DNA of 64,000 nt from Tagaea sp. (GCA_965279525.1 CBDIIB010000005.1:384001-448000); one strand, 5' to 3'; counted from the stretch's first letter, positions 28,891-38,924 are shown. The notes: generated by a model not told the origin, from the sequence alone. Program-made: numbers and translations.

Positions 28891-29361
28891 TCAGCTCCCG
28901 AATCCGAATCCGAGCGGCAGCGGAACGCCGAACACGCCGGTGAAAAGGCCATACCAGATCGCCGCATTCGCGACGCCGACGGCAATGGCCTGCCGATAGG
29001 TCGCGCGAAAGAGCAGCGCCACGCCGCCGCACAGAAGGAATGTGGCGACCGGAAAGCCCGCGATCGTGTAGAGGGCCGCCGTCCCGAAGCTCAAGCCCAG
29101 CAGCACCCCGAGCTTCCCCGCAAGGGCGCCCTTCGGCCATGGCTCGGCAAGGCCCGGCCGATACGCGTACCAGATCGACAGGGCCGCCAGCACGAAACCC
29201 AGAAAGAGCGGGAAGGCGCGCGGCCCCCAGGGATCGGACGAGAAGCCGTATTCGATGTTGGCGGCGAAAAGGCAATAGACGAGCGCGAAAGCCAGCAGCG
29301 CAAGTCCGGGAATCCGCCGCGCGCCACCGACCGGGCCGGTCTGGCCGTGATTGTTTTCCAA
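28891..29361 (-). CDS. tctB: Tripartite tricarboxylate transporter small subunit
   Basis: 4-5 TM, DPWGPRAFP, C-terminal VPLPLG; between tctC and tctA; start uncertain. Confidence 0.85.
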   Translation of the reverse strand: MENNHGQTGPVGGARRIPGLALLAFALVYCLFAANIEYGFSSDPWGPRAFPLFLGFVLAALSIWYAYRPGLAEPWPKGALAGKLGVLLGLSFGTAALYTIAGFPVATFLLCGGVALLFRATYRQAIAVGVANAAIWYGLFTGVFGVPLPLGFGFGS

Positions 29362-29439
29362 GGCAGTCTTCCTTCCCGCTGCGCCGTCGCCGGCCGGGGC
29401 CCCGTTCGCGGGCCCGGCCGGCCGGTCCGCACAGGCCCG

Positions 29440-30405
29440 TTAGAGCCCGGCTTCCTTTGCCAGAAGCTTGAAGCGCGCGACTTCCTCCTTGACGCGGGCA
29501 TCGAACGCCGGACCGATCACGGTGTAGGGGAAGAGCCCGCGTGCGGCACGCTCGCGTTCGAACTCGGGAGTCGCGCTCAGCTTCGTCAGCAACTCGGTCC
29601 ACCACCGGTAATCCGCGTCGCTGACCTTGGGCCCGACATAATAGCCGCGCCACACGGTCCAGATCGCGTCGTAGCCCTGCTCGCGCGCTGTCGGAACAGC
29701 CGCAAGATCGCCGGGCAGACGCTGTTCGGACATCACGGCAAGAATCCGCACCTTGCCGGCCTTGTGGTGCTGGCCCATCTCGCCCGCGTCGCCCGACGCG
29801 ATCTTGATGTGACCGCCCTGCAGCGCCGTCATGACGGCACCGCCGCCTTCGAGCGCCGCATATCGCATCGTGCGGGGTGCCACGCCGACGGCTCTCGCGA
29901 GAACAGCCGCCTTCATCCAGTCCTGGCTGCCGACGGCACCGCCGCCGCCGACCGGCAGGCTGCCCGGATTCTGCTTGAAGGCCTGCATGAGTTCGCCGAG
30001 CGACTTGTAGGGGCTGTCGGCTGCGACCGCGATCACGCCGAAATCCGCGCCGAGGCCGGCGACCCAGCGCACGGCGTTCTCGTCGTGGCGTCCGAACTTG
30101 CCCTGCGCGAGCAGCAGCGCCGAACCGGTCGACGCGGCGATGACAAGGCCCGGATCGCCCGGGCGCGTGCCGATGACGTGGTTGTACGCGACCGCCCCGA
30201 CGCCGCCTTCCATGAAGGTGACGGCCATCGGCTTGTCGATCAGCTTGGCGGCAAGCAGCGAGTTTCCGACGAGCCGGCAGGTGAGGTCGAAGCCCCCGCC
30301 CGGCTGCGCGCCGGCGAGGCATTCGGTCTTGTCGGGTGCGGCTGCGACCGGCAGCGGACCCGCGAACATCAGAATGGCGGCGGCAGCGGCGTATATGGAA
30401 CGCAT
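29440..30405 (-). CDS. tctC: Tripartite tricarboxylate transporter substrate-binding protein
   Basis: Signal peptide; ECLAGAQPGGGFDLTCR, GSQDWMKA. Confidence 0.92.
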   Translation of the reverse strand: MRSIYAAAAAILMFAGPLPVAAAPDKTECLAGAQPGGGFDLTCRLVGNSLLAAKLIDKPMAVTFMEGGVGAVAYNHVIGTRPGDPGLVIAASTGSALLLAQGKFGRHDENAVRWVAGLGADFGVIAVAADSPYKSLGELMQAFKQNPGSLPVGGGGAVGSQDWMKAAVLARAVGVAPRTMRYAALEGGGAVMTALQGGHIKIASGDAGEMGQHHKAGKVRILAVMSEQRLPGDLAAVPTAREQGYDAIWTVWRGYYVGPKVSDADYRWWTELLTKLSATPEFERERAARGLFPYTVIGPAFDARVKEEVARFKLLAKEAGL

Positions 30406-30473
30406 GGCGTCATCCCCTCAAAATCGTTTCCGGCAGATTTTTATCTGCCCGGGGGACAAGCTACCGGAGTCGC

Positions 30474-30490
30474 CTTTCAACCAGCTTTCA
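30474..30490 (-). promoter_or_regulatory. Candidate TctD (OmpR-type) direct-repeat site
   Basis: TGAAAG-N5-TGAAAG (11-bp period) about 70 bp upstream of tctC. Confidence 0.5.
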
Positions 30491-30505
30491 GCCGCATGGC
30501 CGTGT

Positions 30506-31777
30506 CTACTTGATCCCTAGGCGCACCTTCAGGCGCGGATCGACGACGGCATCGGCAAGGTCGATTCCGGCGAACTGTTCCTCGTCGACCGTCACGTCGC
30601 GGATGTCGATGCCCGATACGCCCGCACCTGCGAACTTGGCACCACGCAGGTCGGCCGCGCGCAGCACCGCCTTGTCGAGCTTGGCCGCGAACGACCGGCC
30701 GGCGGCGAGCGGCAGCGGCGAGAAGTCGCAGTCGCGCAGGTCGGCGCGCGTGAGCTTGGCACCCGCGAGACTGACGCCGCGCATGTCGGAACCGGCCAGC
30801 TTGCAGTCGCGCAGGTCGGCCCCGGCAAGACGTGCACCCTGGAGCTGGCAGCCGCGCATGTCGAGGCCGACGAAGATCGCGCCCTCCGCGCGCAGGCCCA
30901 CCAGAAGCTGGCCGCTGAGCTTGGGCAGCTTGCGGCAGTCGTAGCCGGAAAGATCGGCGACCTTGCCTTCGGCCCCGCCGGTCTGCGCCCACGCGGCATG
31001 CAGGCGCAGCAGTTCCTCAGGCGCCACACCCTGTTCGGACAGCGCCTTGCCGGCGAGCTTGTCGTCGACGACATCGACCAGCGTGGCGCCGTCGAGCACG
31101 GCGTTGGAAAGCTTGGTGCCGGTCATCACGGCGCCGTCGAGCGAAGCGCCCGTGCAGTTGGCGCCGGTGAGATCCGCACCCGCGAGATTGGCGCCGACGA
31201 GCTGGGCCTTCTGCAGGTTGGCGCGCGCGAGCTTGCAGTCGCGCATGATCGCGTCGGTGAAATCGGCTTGCCCCGCGAGCATGCCGTCCATCGCGGCTTC
31301 GGAAAGGTTCGCCGCCGCCAGCTTGGCGCCCTGCAGCTCGGTTGCCCCCACCTCGCCCAGCTTCAGCGCATGCAGGTTGCCGGCCCTGTCCTTCTGCGTG
31401 ATCGAGCCTTCGCGAAGATCAGCCTGGATGAGGTTGGCGCGCGTCAGGTTCGCCCCGCGCAGGCACGCCCCGCGCAGGTCCGCGCGCATCAGGCTTGCCC
31501 CTTCGAGATCGGCCTCGCGGAAATCGCAGGCGAAGAGCGTGGCGCGGTCGAGCACGCAGTCCGACATCATCGCGCCGCGGAACGAGGCCCCGGTGCAGTC
31601 GGCCTCGGTCAAGTTGGCGCCGGCCATCGCCATGCCGCCGAGATCGGCGAAAGCCAGCATCGCGCGCACGCCGCCGGGCTTGCCCGTGCGGAAGCGCTCG
31701 TGAAGCGCGATCACGTTGGCAAGTTCGGAATGCGACAGCTTCTTGCGCTGGACTTTGGCACTATGGGCCGACAGCAT
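30506..31777 (-). CDS. Pentapeptide repeat protein
   Basis: Long A(D/N)Lxx tandem repeats; start may be 31798. Confidence 0.9.
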   Translation of the reverse strand: MLSAHSAKVQRKKLSHSELANVIALHERFRTGKPGGVRAMLAFADLGGMAMAGANLTEADCTGASFRGAMMSDCVLDRATLFACDFREADLEGASLMRADLRGACLRGANLTRANLIQADLREGSITQKDRAGNLHALKLGEVGATELQGAKLAAANLSEAAMDGMLAGQADFTDAIMRDCKLARANLQKAQLVGANLAGADLTGANCTGASLDGAVMTGTKLSNAVLDGATLVDVVDDKLAGKALSEQGVAPEELLRLHAAWAQTGGAEGKVADLSGYDCRKLPKLSGQLLVGLRAEGAIFVGLDMRGCQLQGARLAGADLRDCKLAGSDMRGVSLAGAKLTRADLRDCDFSPLPLAAGRSFAAKLDKAVLRAADLRGAKFAGAGVSGIDIRDVTVDEEQFAGIDLADAVVDPRLKVRLGIK

Positions 31778-31901
31778 TGCGCCCCCGTTCGCGACCACCT
31801 CGTACGATTGCCTCAGTCCGGCATCGAAATCAAGGTGTTAGAGATGTCAGGGCCATGGCACGACGCTGTCCGAGGCCATATTTCATGCACCCGGAGACCC
31901 C

Positions 31902-32657
31902 ATGAACACCCGTCGCGACCTGCTGCTGGCCGGCATCGGCCTCATCGTCCTCCCCGGCCCTGTCGCGGCACAGGGCCTGCTCGACCAGGGGCGCAACCTG
32001 CTCAACCAGGGCGGCGTTTCGATCCCCGGTGCCGGCGGCGGCACCAAGGGTGCGGGCCTGTCGGTTTCCCAGATCGTGCAGGGCCTGAAGGACGCGCTCG
32101 TCAAGGGCAGCGAGGCGACCGTTGCGCGCCTGGGCAAGGCCAACGGCTTCCTCGGCGATCCCGCCGTGCGCATCCCTCTGCCCGACACGCTGCGCCAGGT
32201 GCAGTCGGCCCTGCGCACCATCGGCGCTTCCGGCATGGCCGACGATCTGGAGACGCGCATGAACCGCGCGGCCGAACAGGCGGCACCGAAAGCCAAGGAC
32301 CTGTTCTTGTCCGCGATCCGCGGCATGAGCGTCTCGGATGCCCAAGGCATCCTCAACGGGCCGGCCGATGCCGCCACGCAGTATCTTCGCCGCACGACCG
32401 GCGGCCAGCTCGGCACGCAGATCCGCCCGCTGATCGAGACGGCCCTGCAGCAGGCGGGTGCCGCGAAGGCGTACGATTCGATGCTCGGCCGCTACGCGCA
32501 GATCCCCGGCATGCCCGACGCCAAGGCGAACATCACCGACTGGACGCGCGACAAGGGCCTCGACGGCATTTTCCATTACATCGCCAAGGAAGAGGCCGAT
32601 ATCCGGGCAAACCCGGCCGCGCGCACGACCGAGCTGCTGAAAAAAGTGTTCGGCTGA
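31902..32657 (+). CDS. DUF4197 family exported protein
   Basis: Tat-like TRRDLL signal; GLKDAL, MNRAAE, DAATQYL, IRANPAARTTELLKKVFG. Confidence 0.88.
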   Translation: MNTRRDLLLAGIGLIVLPGPVAAQGLLDQGRNLLNQGGVSIPGAGGGTKGAGLSVSQIVQGLKDALVKGSEATVARLGKANGFLGDPAVRIPLPDTLRQVQSALRTIGASGMADDLETRMNRAAEQAAPKAKDLFLSAIRGMSVSDAQGILNGPADAATQYLRRTTGGQLGTQIRPLIETALQQAGAAKAYDSMLGRYAQIPGMPDAKANITDWTRDKGLDGIFHYIAKEEADIRANPAARTTELLKKVFG

Positions 32658-32717
32658 CGCCGGCCGCCTATATTCTCTCCATCCTCCCCTTCCCGCCCGA
32701 ACAAGGTTGATCCGCCC

Positions 32718-34586
32718 ATGGCCGCGCCCTCCACCTTCACGACCCGCCCCGAAATCGCCGGCACGTTCGGCGTGGTCTCCTCCACGCACTGGATCGCCAG
32801 CCAGGTCGGCATGGGCGTGCTCGAAAAGGGCGGCAACGCGTTCGACGCGGCCGTCGCGGCCGGCTTCACGCTGCAGGTCGTCGAACCGCACATGAACGGG
32901 CTGGGCGGCGACGCGGTCATCATCGCGTGCACCGCCGACGGCAAGCCCAAGGTGATCTGCGGCCAGGGCGTGGCGCCGGCAAAGGCGACCATCGCGCATT
33001 ACAAGGCGCAGGGCATCGAGACGATCCCCGGCACGGGCCTGCTCGCGGCCGTCGTCCCGGGTGCCTTCGACGCGTGGCTGACGATGCTGCGCGACTACGG
33101 CACGACGACGCTCGCCGAAGTGATGGCGCCGGCCATCGGCTACGCCAAGGACGGGTTCCCGCTGCTGCCCGGCGTCGCCGGTGCGGTGCAGTCGGTTTCC
33201 GAGATCTTCAAGACCGAGTGGAAGAGCTCGGCCGCCACGTGGATGCCGGGCGGCAACGTGCCGGCCGCCGGCTCGCTGTTCACCAACCCCAAGCTCGCCG
33301 ACACGCTCCAGCGCCTGCTGGCCGAGGGCGCTTCGGCCGGCCCCGACCGCGAGGCGCAGATCGAGAAGGCGCGCAACGCCTACTACAAGGGCTTCGTCGC
33401 CGAGGCGATCGACAAGTTCTGCCGCGAGAACGAGATCATGGACGTGTCGGGCAAGCGCCACAAAGGCGTGCTGTCGGCCGACGACATGGCCGCGTGGCGC
33501 GCACCCGTCGAAGATCCCACGACGTTCGACTATCGCGGCATCACCGTGTGCAAGGCCGGCCCATGGAGCCAGGGGCCGGTGTTCCTGCAGGTGCTCGCAC
33601 TCCTGCAGGGCTACGACATCGCGTCGATGGACACGACGGGCCCCGAGTTCATCCATCTGCTGATCGAGGCGACCAAGATCGCCTATGCCGACCGCGAGGC
33701 GTGGTACGCCGACCCCGACTTCAACGACGTGCCGATGAAGACGATGCTGTCGGCCAAGTACAACGACGCGCGCCGCAAGCTGATCGGTGACAGCGCCAGT
33801 TTCGACCTGCGCCCCGGCTCGCCCGACGGGCGCAATCCGTCGCTGCCGAAATTCAACGTCGTCGGCACCAAGAAGATGATCCCGGGCATGGGCGGCTTCG
33901 GCGAGCCCGCGCGCGTGGAGAGCGACGCGCTGGCGACCGAGCGCTACCGCGACGGCGGCGCCTCCGCGATGGCGCGCGGCGGGCGCGCGGCGCAAGGGCC
34001 CGCCGAAGGCGACACCTGCCATCTCGACGTGATCGACCGCTGGGGCAACACGGTGGCGTGCACACCGTCGGGCGGCTGGCTGCAGAGCTCGCCGACGATC
34101 CCCGATCTCGGCTTCTGCCTCGGGACACGCGGCCAGATGTTCTGGCTGCAGGAAGGCCTGCCGTCGAGCCTCACCCCGAAGATGCGCCCGCGCACGACGC
34201 TGACGCCGTCGATGGCGATGAAGGACGGCAAGCCGTGGATGGCCTTCGGCTCGCCCGGCGGCGACAACCAGGACCAATGGATCGCGCAGTTCTTCCTGCG
34301 CCATGTCGACCACAAGCTCAACATGCAGGCCGCGATGGACGCGCCCATGCTGCAGACCGACCACTGGCCCAATTCGTTCTTCCCGCGCGAAGCACGCCCC
34401 GGCAAGGTGCAGGTCGAATCGCGCTTCCCGAAGGAAACGATCGAAGCGCTGAAGGCCAAGGGCCACGACATCGAGGTCGGCGGCGAATGGTCGCTGGGCC
34501 GCAACGCGGCCACCAAGCGCGAAGGCAAGGTGCTGAAGGCGGCCGCCACGCCGCGCCTCCAGCAGGCCTACGCGGTCGGGCGTTAG
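32718..34586 (+). CDS. ggt: Gamma-glutamyltransferase family (Ntn hydrolase)
   Basis: GGNAFDAAVA, VVEPHMNGLGGD, nucleophile in GDTCH, GSPGGD. Confidence 0.88.
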   Translation: MAAPSTFTTRPEIAGTFGVVSSTHWIASQVGMGVLEKGGNAFDAAVAAGFTLQVVEPHMNGLGGDAVIIACTADGKPKVICGQGVAPAKATIAHYKAQGIETIPGTGLLAAVVPGAFDAWLTMLRDYGTTTLAEVMAPAIGYAKDGFPLLPGVAGAVQSVSEIFKTEWKSSAATWMPGGNVPAAGSLFTNPKLADTLQRLLAEGASAGPDREAQIEKARNAYYKGFVAEAIDKFCRENEIMDVSGKRHKGVLSADDMAAWRAPVEDPTTFDYRGITVCKAGPWSQGPVFLQVLALLQGYDIASMDTTGPEFIHLLIEATKIAYADREAWYADPDFNDVPMKTMLSAKYNDARRKLIGDSASFDLRPGSPDGRNPSLPKFNVVGTKKMIPGMGGFGEPARVESDALATERYRDGGASAMARGGRAAQGPAEGDTCHLDVIDRWGNTVACTPSGGWLQSSPTIPDLGFCLGTRGQMFWLQEGLPSSLTPKMRPRTTLTPSMAMKDGKPWMAFGSPGGDNQDQWIAQFFLRHVDHKLNMQAAMDAPMLQTDHWPNSFFPREARPGKVQVESRFPKETIEALKAKGHDIEVGGEWSLGRNAATKREGKVLKAAATPRLQQAYAVGR

Positions 34587-34601
34587 TTGGGCGGGCGCTA
34601 G

Positions 34602-35210
34602 TTGCCGGACGGCACCTCCGAGATCCTCGCCCTCGCCTCGGCGGTCGCCTGGGCGAGCGGGATCAATCTCTATGCCGCCGTGCTGGCACTCGGCGCCATG
34701 CACCATCTGGGCATCGTCACGCTGCCCGAGCACATGCAGCTCGTCGCATCGTTCCCGGTGATGGCAGCGGCGGGCGGGATGTATCTGGCCCAGTTCGTCG
34801 CCGACAAGATCCCGGGCGTGGATCTCGGCTGGGACGCGATCCATACCTTCATCCGGATTCCGGCGGGTGCTTTCCTTGCGGCCGCCGCCGTGGGCGACGC
34901 GGACACCGGCCTCAAGCTTGCCGCCGCCCTTGCCGGCGGGGCACTTTCGCTGGGCACGCATGCGACGAAGGCGAGCGGCCGGCTCTTCGTCAATTCGCAC
35001 CTGCCGTTCGTGGGCACGGCCGCCGCGTCAGTCGCCGAGGATATCGCGGTGGTCGGCGGGCTCTACGCCGCGGTCACGAATCCGGTCTGGTTCCTTGGCG
35101 CCATTGCGGTGCTGATCGTCGTCATGGGGCTGACGCTGTGGCTGCTGGCGAAATTCCTGCGCTTCGCCGCAGCGAAGATCGGCAGCCTGTTCCGCGGCAC
35201 GCCGGCCTGA
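34602..35210 (+). CDS. DUF4126 family membrane protein
   Basis: WASGINLYA, ADKIPGVD, HTFIRIP, SVAED. Confidence 0.85.
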   Translation: MPDGTSEILALASAVAWASGINLYAAVLALGAMHHLGIVTLPEHMQLVASFPVMAAAGGMYLAQFVADKIPGVDLGWDAIHTFIRIPAGAFLAAAAVGDADTGLKLAAALAGGALSLGTHATKASGRLFVNSHLPFVGTAAASVAEDIAVVGGLYAAVTNPVWFLGAIAVLIVVMGLTLWLLAKFLRFAAAKIGSLFRGTPA

Positions 35211-35214
35211 CGGC

Positions 35215-36186
35215 CTAGTTCGTCTGCGGCTCGATATCGTCGAACAGCAGGCCGGCCTGCAGCACGTCTTCCAGACCGAAGTTCCGCCATAGCTCGCCTG
35301 CGCGCAGGTGCCGGCGGAAATCGTCCCAGAACGCGGCCTTGCCGGGCAGACCATCAGGCCACGCACGCATGAACAGGTCGCGCGCGGTCGCCGCTTCGCC
35401 CGAATAGATCAGCATCAGCAGCGAGCGCCACGCCTGCACGGGCGGGATCGCGTGCACGTCGTCGGGCGTGCGCAGGCCAAGCGGCACATAGGCCCCGCCC
35501 GACGCGCGCCAGTTTTCCAGGGCCGTGCGCATCTCGGTCTCGAAACGCTGCAGGCGACGCGGCGATGTGGGCGCGCGCCCGACGGCATTCGCGTCGACGA
35601 CGAAGCGCCGCCCTTCCCACACGAGATTGAGGGCCGGCGTCGGGCCGTTGGACAGCGGCGCGTTCCAGCCCGCGAAGGCGCGGTCGGAGAAGACGAGGCG
35701 CTCGACCGCGCGCTCGTCGCCGTCTTCCACGCCGGCGAAGATGTCGCCGCGCCCGATCGTCTGCACCGAAAAGCCGTCGCGAAGCGCGAACGCATGCAGC
35801 GTGTCGCCGCCGGACCCGCCGCCCGGGCTTGCATCCACCAGCAGGTCGGGGCCGTCGGCGCTGCCCTCGTGGAACGCGACGACCTTGAAGATGCCCGCCG
35901 ACGTCAGATGCACGATGCGCCCGCGCCGCTCGACCAGCATCAAGGCGGGATGTTCCCGGTTGGCGGGATAGAGCGAAAAGACATGGCCGCGCAGCGTGAA
36001 GCGCTGCGGGACCGGATCCTGCGCGCGCCGTTCGGTCAGTCGTTCGAAGAGCAGCCAGTCGAAGGTCGTGTCGGCGCGCGCGGTGCGCACCCAGCCGGTC
36101 AGGGCGGCGAGCAGCACGGCCGCCGCCAGACACGCGGCAAGGAAGCCGCGGGGATCGATCGCTGGGGGCCGGCGTCGATTGCGCAT
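35215..36186 (-). CDS. Hypothetical exported protein
   Basis: About 323 aa, N-terminal hydrophobic segment, fills the gap between neighbours. Confidence 0.6.
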   Translation of the reverse strand: MRNRRRPPAIDPRGFLAACLAAAVLLAALTGWVRTARADTTFDWLLFERLTERRAQDPVPQRFTLRGHVFSLYPANREHPALMLVERRGRIVHLTSAGIFKVVAFHEGSADGPDLLVDASPGGGSGGDTLHAFALRDGFSVQTIGRGDIFAGVEDGDERAVERLVFSDRAFAGWNAPLSNGPTPALNLVWEGRRFVVDANAVGRAPTSPRRLQRFETEMRTALENWRASGGAYVPLGLRTPDDVHAIPPVQAWRSLLMLIYSGEAATARDLFMRAWPDGLPGKAAFWDDFRRHLRAGELWRNFGLEDVLQAGLLFDDIEPQTN

Positions 36187-36273
36187 CGCGCACACTGCCT
36201 TCCGTCCGGAACAACCAAGGGTCAAATCAAAGCATATTCCGTGCCGGACGGCGAGTCGGGGATGCGGGAGGGG

Positions 36274-36642
36274 TCAGGCGTCGCCCGCCAACCGCCGTCC
36301 GAACTTTCGTACACACGCCTTGAAACAGCCGACCGGATCGCAGTCGGCATGTTCGACCTGCCCGGCGGCGGGTGCAGGCGGCTGCGCTTCTGCCACCTGG
36401 CTCCCGTTGACAATCCGGACCAGGAGAAAAAGCGCGCCTCCCACCGAGCCGAATATCACCAGTCGCGCGGAGTTCTCGGCCGGAAACAGCTCGAACCATG
36501 CGCCGATCGCCATGACGATCGCCGCAAATGCGAAAGCGCCAAGCAGCCCTTCCGTCAGAAATTCCAGAAACATCAGCAAGAGCGCCAAAACAACCCATGC
36601 GCCGATCGGATACTCGTGCAGGTAGGCAATATAACTTTCCAT
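36274..36642 (-). CDS. NfeD-like membrane protein (TM part)
   Basis: MESYIAYLHEYPIGAWVVLALLLMFLEFLT resembles the NfeD/YbbJ N-terminus. Confidence 0.55.
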   Translation of the reverse strand: MESYIAYLHEYPIGAWVVLALLLMFLEFLTEGLLGAFAFAAIVMAIGAWFELFPAENSARLVIFGSVGGALFLLVRIVNGSQVAEAQPPAPAAGQVEHADCDPVGCFKACVRKFGRRLAGDA

Positions 36643-36823
36643 TGAATGTCCACCGCAGGTTGGGATGCGAATAGTCGAAAAGGATGCTACCGGAAATGGC
36701 TTCGACCTGTCCAACAGCTGCGCGCGACGATAGCTGGCAATACCGGGCTACCTCCAAACGACTTGGCCGGCCATGACCGAACCGAAGGAAGCCGCCGTCG
36801 GATGTCGGACTCTTGCGACCCGA

Positions 36824-37033
36824 TCAGGGTGGCGGGTTCCGGCGGACGTATCGCGCGACCGTCGCGTACATGCCGAGGCAAAGCGCCAGGAACACCGCCA
36901 CCCTTGCCGCGTGGGATTCAGGGTTGAGTTCGAGCGCTTCGCCGGTCGCGAACAGGAGCAATGCCAGCAGAACGGAAAGTCCGATACGCGTCGACAGCGG
37001 CGAGAACAGCAGCTCGACGATCGGCCAGATCAT
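36824..37033 (-). CDS. Small hypothetical membrane protein
   Basis: 69 aa, two hydrophobic segments. Confidence 0.5.
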   Translation of the reverse strand: MIWPIVELLFSPLSTRIGLSVLLALLLFATGEALELNPESHAARVAVFLALCLGMYATVARYVRRNPPP

Positions 37034-37064
37034 TGCGCCTCGCTCGACCGGACGGGCCGGGAAC

Positions 37065-37346
37065 TCAATAGCGGTTGATGTCCGGCGTCCGGTCCGAGAA
37101 CCGGCGCAGCAGCGTGCGCAGCGGCACGATCAGCGCCACACCGATCGCGGCGAAGATGACCAGCTTCAGGAGCAGCGGCTCCGGCAACATGCCGGTCCAC
37201 GCACCTGCCGCCATCAGGAAGCCCGCCGTCGCGAACGGCAGGAAGAATCCGATCGTCAGCAGGATCTCGACGACGAGGAACACGACCCCGATCGCCGCCC
37301 ACACGACGACCGGATAGTCCGTGAAAACCGCCTCGATGAAGTTCAT
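37065..37346 (-). CDS. Short NfeD-like membrane protein
   Basis: WAAIGVVFLVVEILL; 3 TM; overlaps the SPFH stop. Confidence 0.75.
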   Translation of the reverse strand: MNFIEAVFTDYPVVVWAAIGVVFLVVEILLTIGFFLPFATAGFLMAAGAWTGMLPEPLLLKLVIFAAIGVALIVPLRTLLRRFSDRTPDINRY

Positions 37347-38227
37347 TTCGACCTCAGCGCTTCGAGCACGGTGGCAAGGCTGCCCAGCGACTTCGTGATA
37401 TCGGTCGGGATGACGATGAGCTTGGAGTTTCCGGAGCGCGCGATCTCGGCGATGCTGTGGATCTGCTGCTTCATGATCTCGAAATCGACGGCGGCCTGTC
37501 CGTTCGCCTCGATCGCCTTGCCGACGGATGTCGTCGCGTAGGCTTCGGCGTCGGCAAGCACGCGCCGCGCCTCGGCCTGTTTCTGCGCGGTATAGAACTC
37601 GCCGTCAGCCTTGTGCTGCTGCGCCTGCCGGTCGCCTTCCGCCTTGGTGACGGCGGCCCGGCGCTCGCGCTCGGCATTGAGCTGCTGCTGCATGGCCGTG
37701 CGCGTCGCGGCGTCGACCGACACGTCGAGCACTTCGGTGCGTGTGATCTCGATGCCCCAAACGGTGCAGGCTTCCGACAGCGAATCCTTGATCTTCTCGT
37801 TGATGAAGTCGCGCTTGGCCTGCACCTCGTCGAACTCCATGTGGCCGCCGGTCGCGCGCACGATGCTCGTCACCGTCGTCTTGACCGCCTGGTCGACATC
37901 GGTGATCCGGTAGACCGACTTCGCCGCATCGACGACGCGGAAAAACACCGCCGTCGTCAGGTGGATCTCGACGTTGTCCTTGGTGATGACGCTGATCTGC
38001 TGCGGCTCGAGCTGGCGCTCCAGGATGCTGACCTTCGCCGCGACCCGGTTGAGGATCGGCACGATGAAATTGAGACCGGGCCTCAGCGTGACCGTGTACT
38101 TGCCGAACTGCTCGACGATGTATTCCTGCGACTGCGGGACGATCTTGATCCCGCTGATCGCGATCAGGACGAAGAGGACAAGAAGGATCAGGAAGAAGAA
38201 TTCGGTCGTCAGGGAAACGGCGGACAT
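37343..38227 (-). CDS. SPFH/Band 7 (stomatin/QmcA-like) protein
   Basis: IKIVPQ, GLNFIVP, ITKDNV, AERERRA coiled coil. Confidence 0.92.
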   Translation of the reverse strand: MSAVSLTTEFFFLILLVLFVLIAISGIKIVPQSQEYIVEQFGKYTVTLRPGLNFIVPILNRVAAKVSILERQLEPQQISVITKDNVEIHLTTAVFFRVVDAAKSVYRITDVDQAVKTTVTSIVRATGGHMEFDEVQAKRDFINEKIKDSLSEACTVWGIEITRTEVLDVSVDAATRTAMQQQLNAERERRAAVTKAEGDRQAQQHKADGEFYTAQKQAEARRVLADAEAYATTSVGKAIEANGQAAVDFEIMKQQIHSIAEIARSGNSKLIVIPTDITKSLGSLATVLEALRSK

Positions 38228-38309
38228 CGTGCGACACCTTCAAGTTGAGCCCAGCTGCACGCGACGATAGCAAGCACCCGGCCGGGACGCCACCTGAATG
38301 CAAGGCCGC

Positions 38310-38924
38310 TCAGCTTCCCTTCGTCTTGTAGAGCGGCTCGGAAATGCCCTTGAGCGACAGCCGCTTGCGGTCGGGCTCCGGGGCCGCCAGCGCTTCGCAT
38401 TCGACCAGCGTGGCGAGGCTGCGCTTGGTCAGGTTCTGGTAGTCGCGTGTACCCCCGCGCTTCCACTCGATCTCCTTGTCGGTCACCTCGCGCAGGATCT
38501 TGGCCGGGATGCCGGCGACCAGCGTGCGCGGCGGGACGACGAAGCCCGCCTTGACGAACGCCATCGCCGCGACGATGGCGCATTCGCCGACGATTGCCCC
38601 GTCCATCACCACTGCGTTCATGCCGATCAGCGCATCGCGCTTGATGATGCAGCCATGCAGGATGGCGCCGTGGCCGATATGCGCGTCCACCTCCAGCACC
38701 GTGTCGGTATCGGGAAAGCCGTGAACGACGCAGTTGTCCTGCAGGTTCGAGCCGTCCTGCATCACCAGCCGGCCGAAATCGCCGCGCATCGCGGCACCGG
38801 GGCCGACATAGCAGTTCGCACCGATGATCACGTCGCCGATGAGTACGGCCGTGGGATGCACGAAGCTCGACGGATCGACCACCGGTACCATGCCGTCGAT
38901 GGCGTAGACGCGCGGGCGGCTCAT
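38310..38924 (-). CDS. paaY: Phenylacetate degradation protein PaaY (gamma-carbonic-anhydrase-like)
   Basis: [38 protein letters not shown]. Confidence 0.9.
   Translation of the reverse strand: MSRPRVYAIDGMVPVVDPSSFVHPTAVLIGDVIIGANCYVGPGAAMRGDFGRLVMQDGSNLQDNCVVHGFPDTDTVLEVDAHIGHGAILHGCIIKRDALIGMNAVVMDGAIVGECAIVAAMAFVKAGFVVPPRTLVAGIPAKILREVTDKEIEWKRGGTRDYQNLTKRSLATLVECEALAAPEPDRKRLSLKGISEPLYKTKGS

Noticed and set aside
30506-31798. 15-bp periodic repeats as a CRISPR array or VNTR
   Set aside because: Explained by pentapeptide coding repeats; no identical repeats with unique spacers
31830-35000. 1056-aa minus-strand ORF and other long shadow ORFs (e.g. 18385-20937, 23121-25673, 286-2199)
   Set aside because: Antisense or off-frame shadows of well-supported genes, expected at this GC content; no motifs
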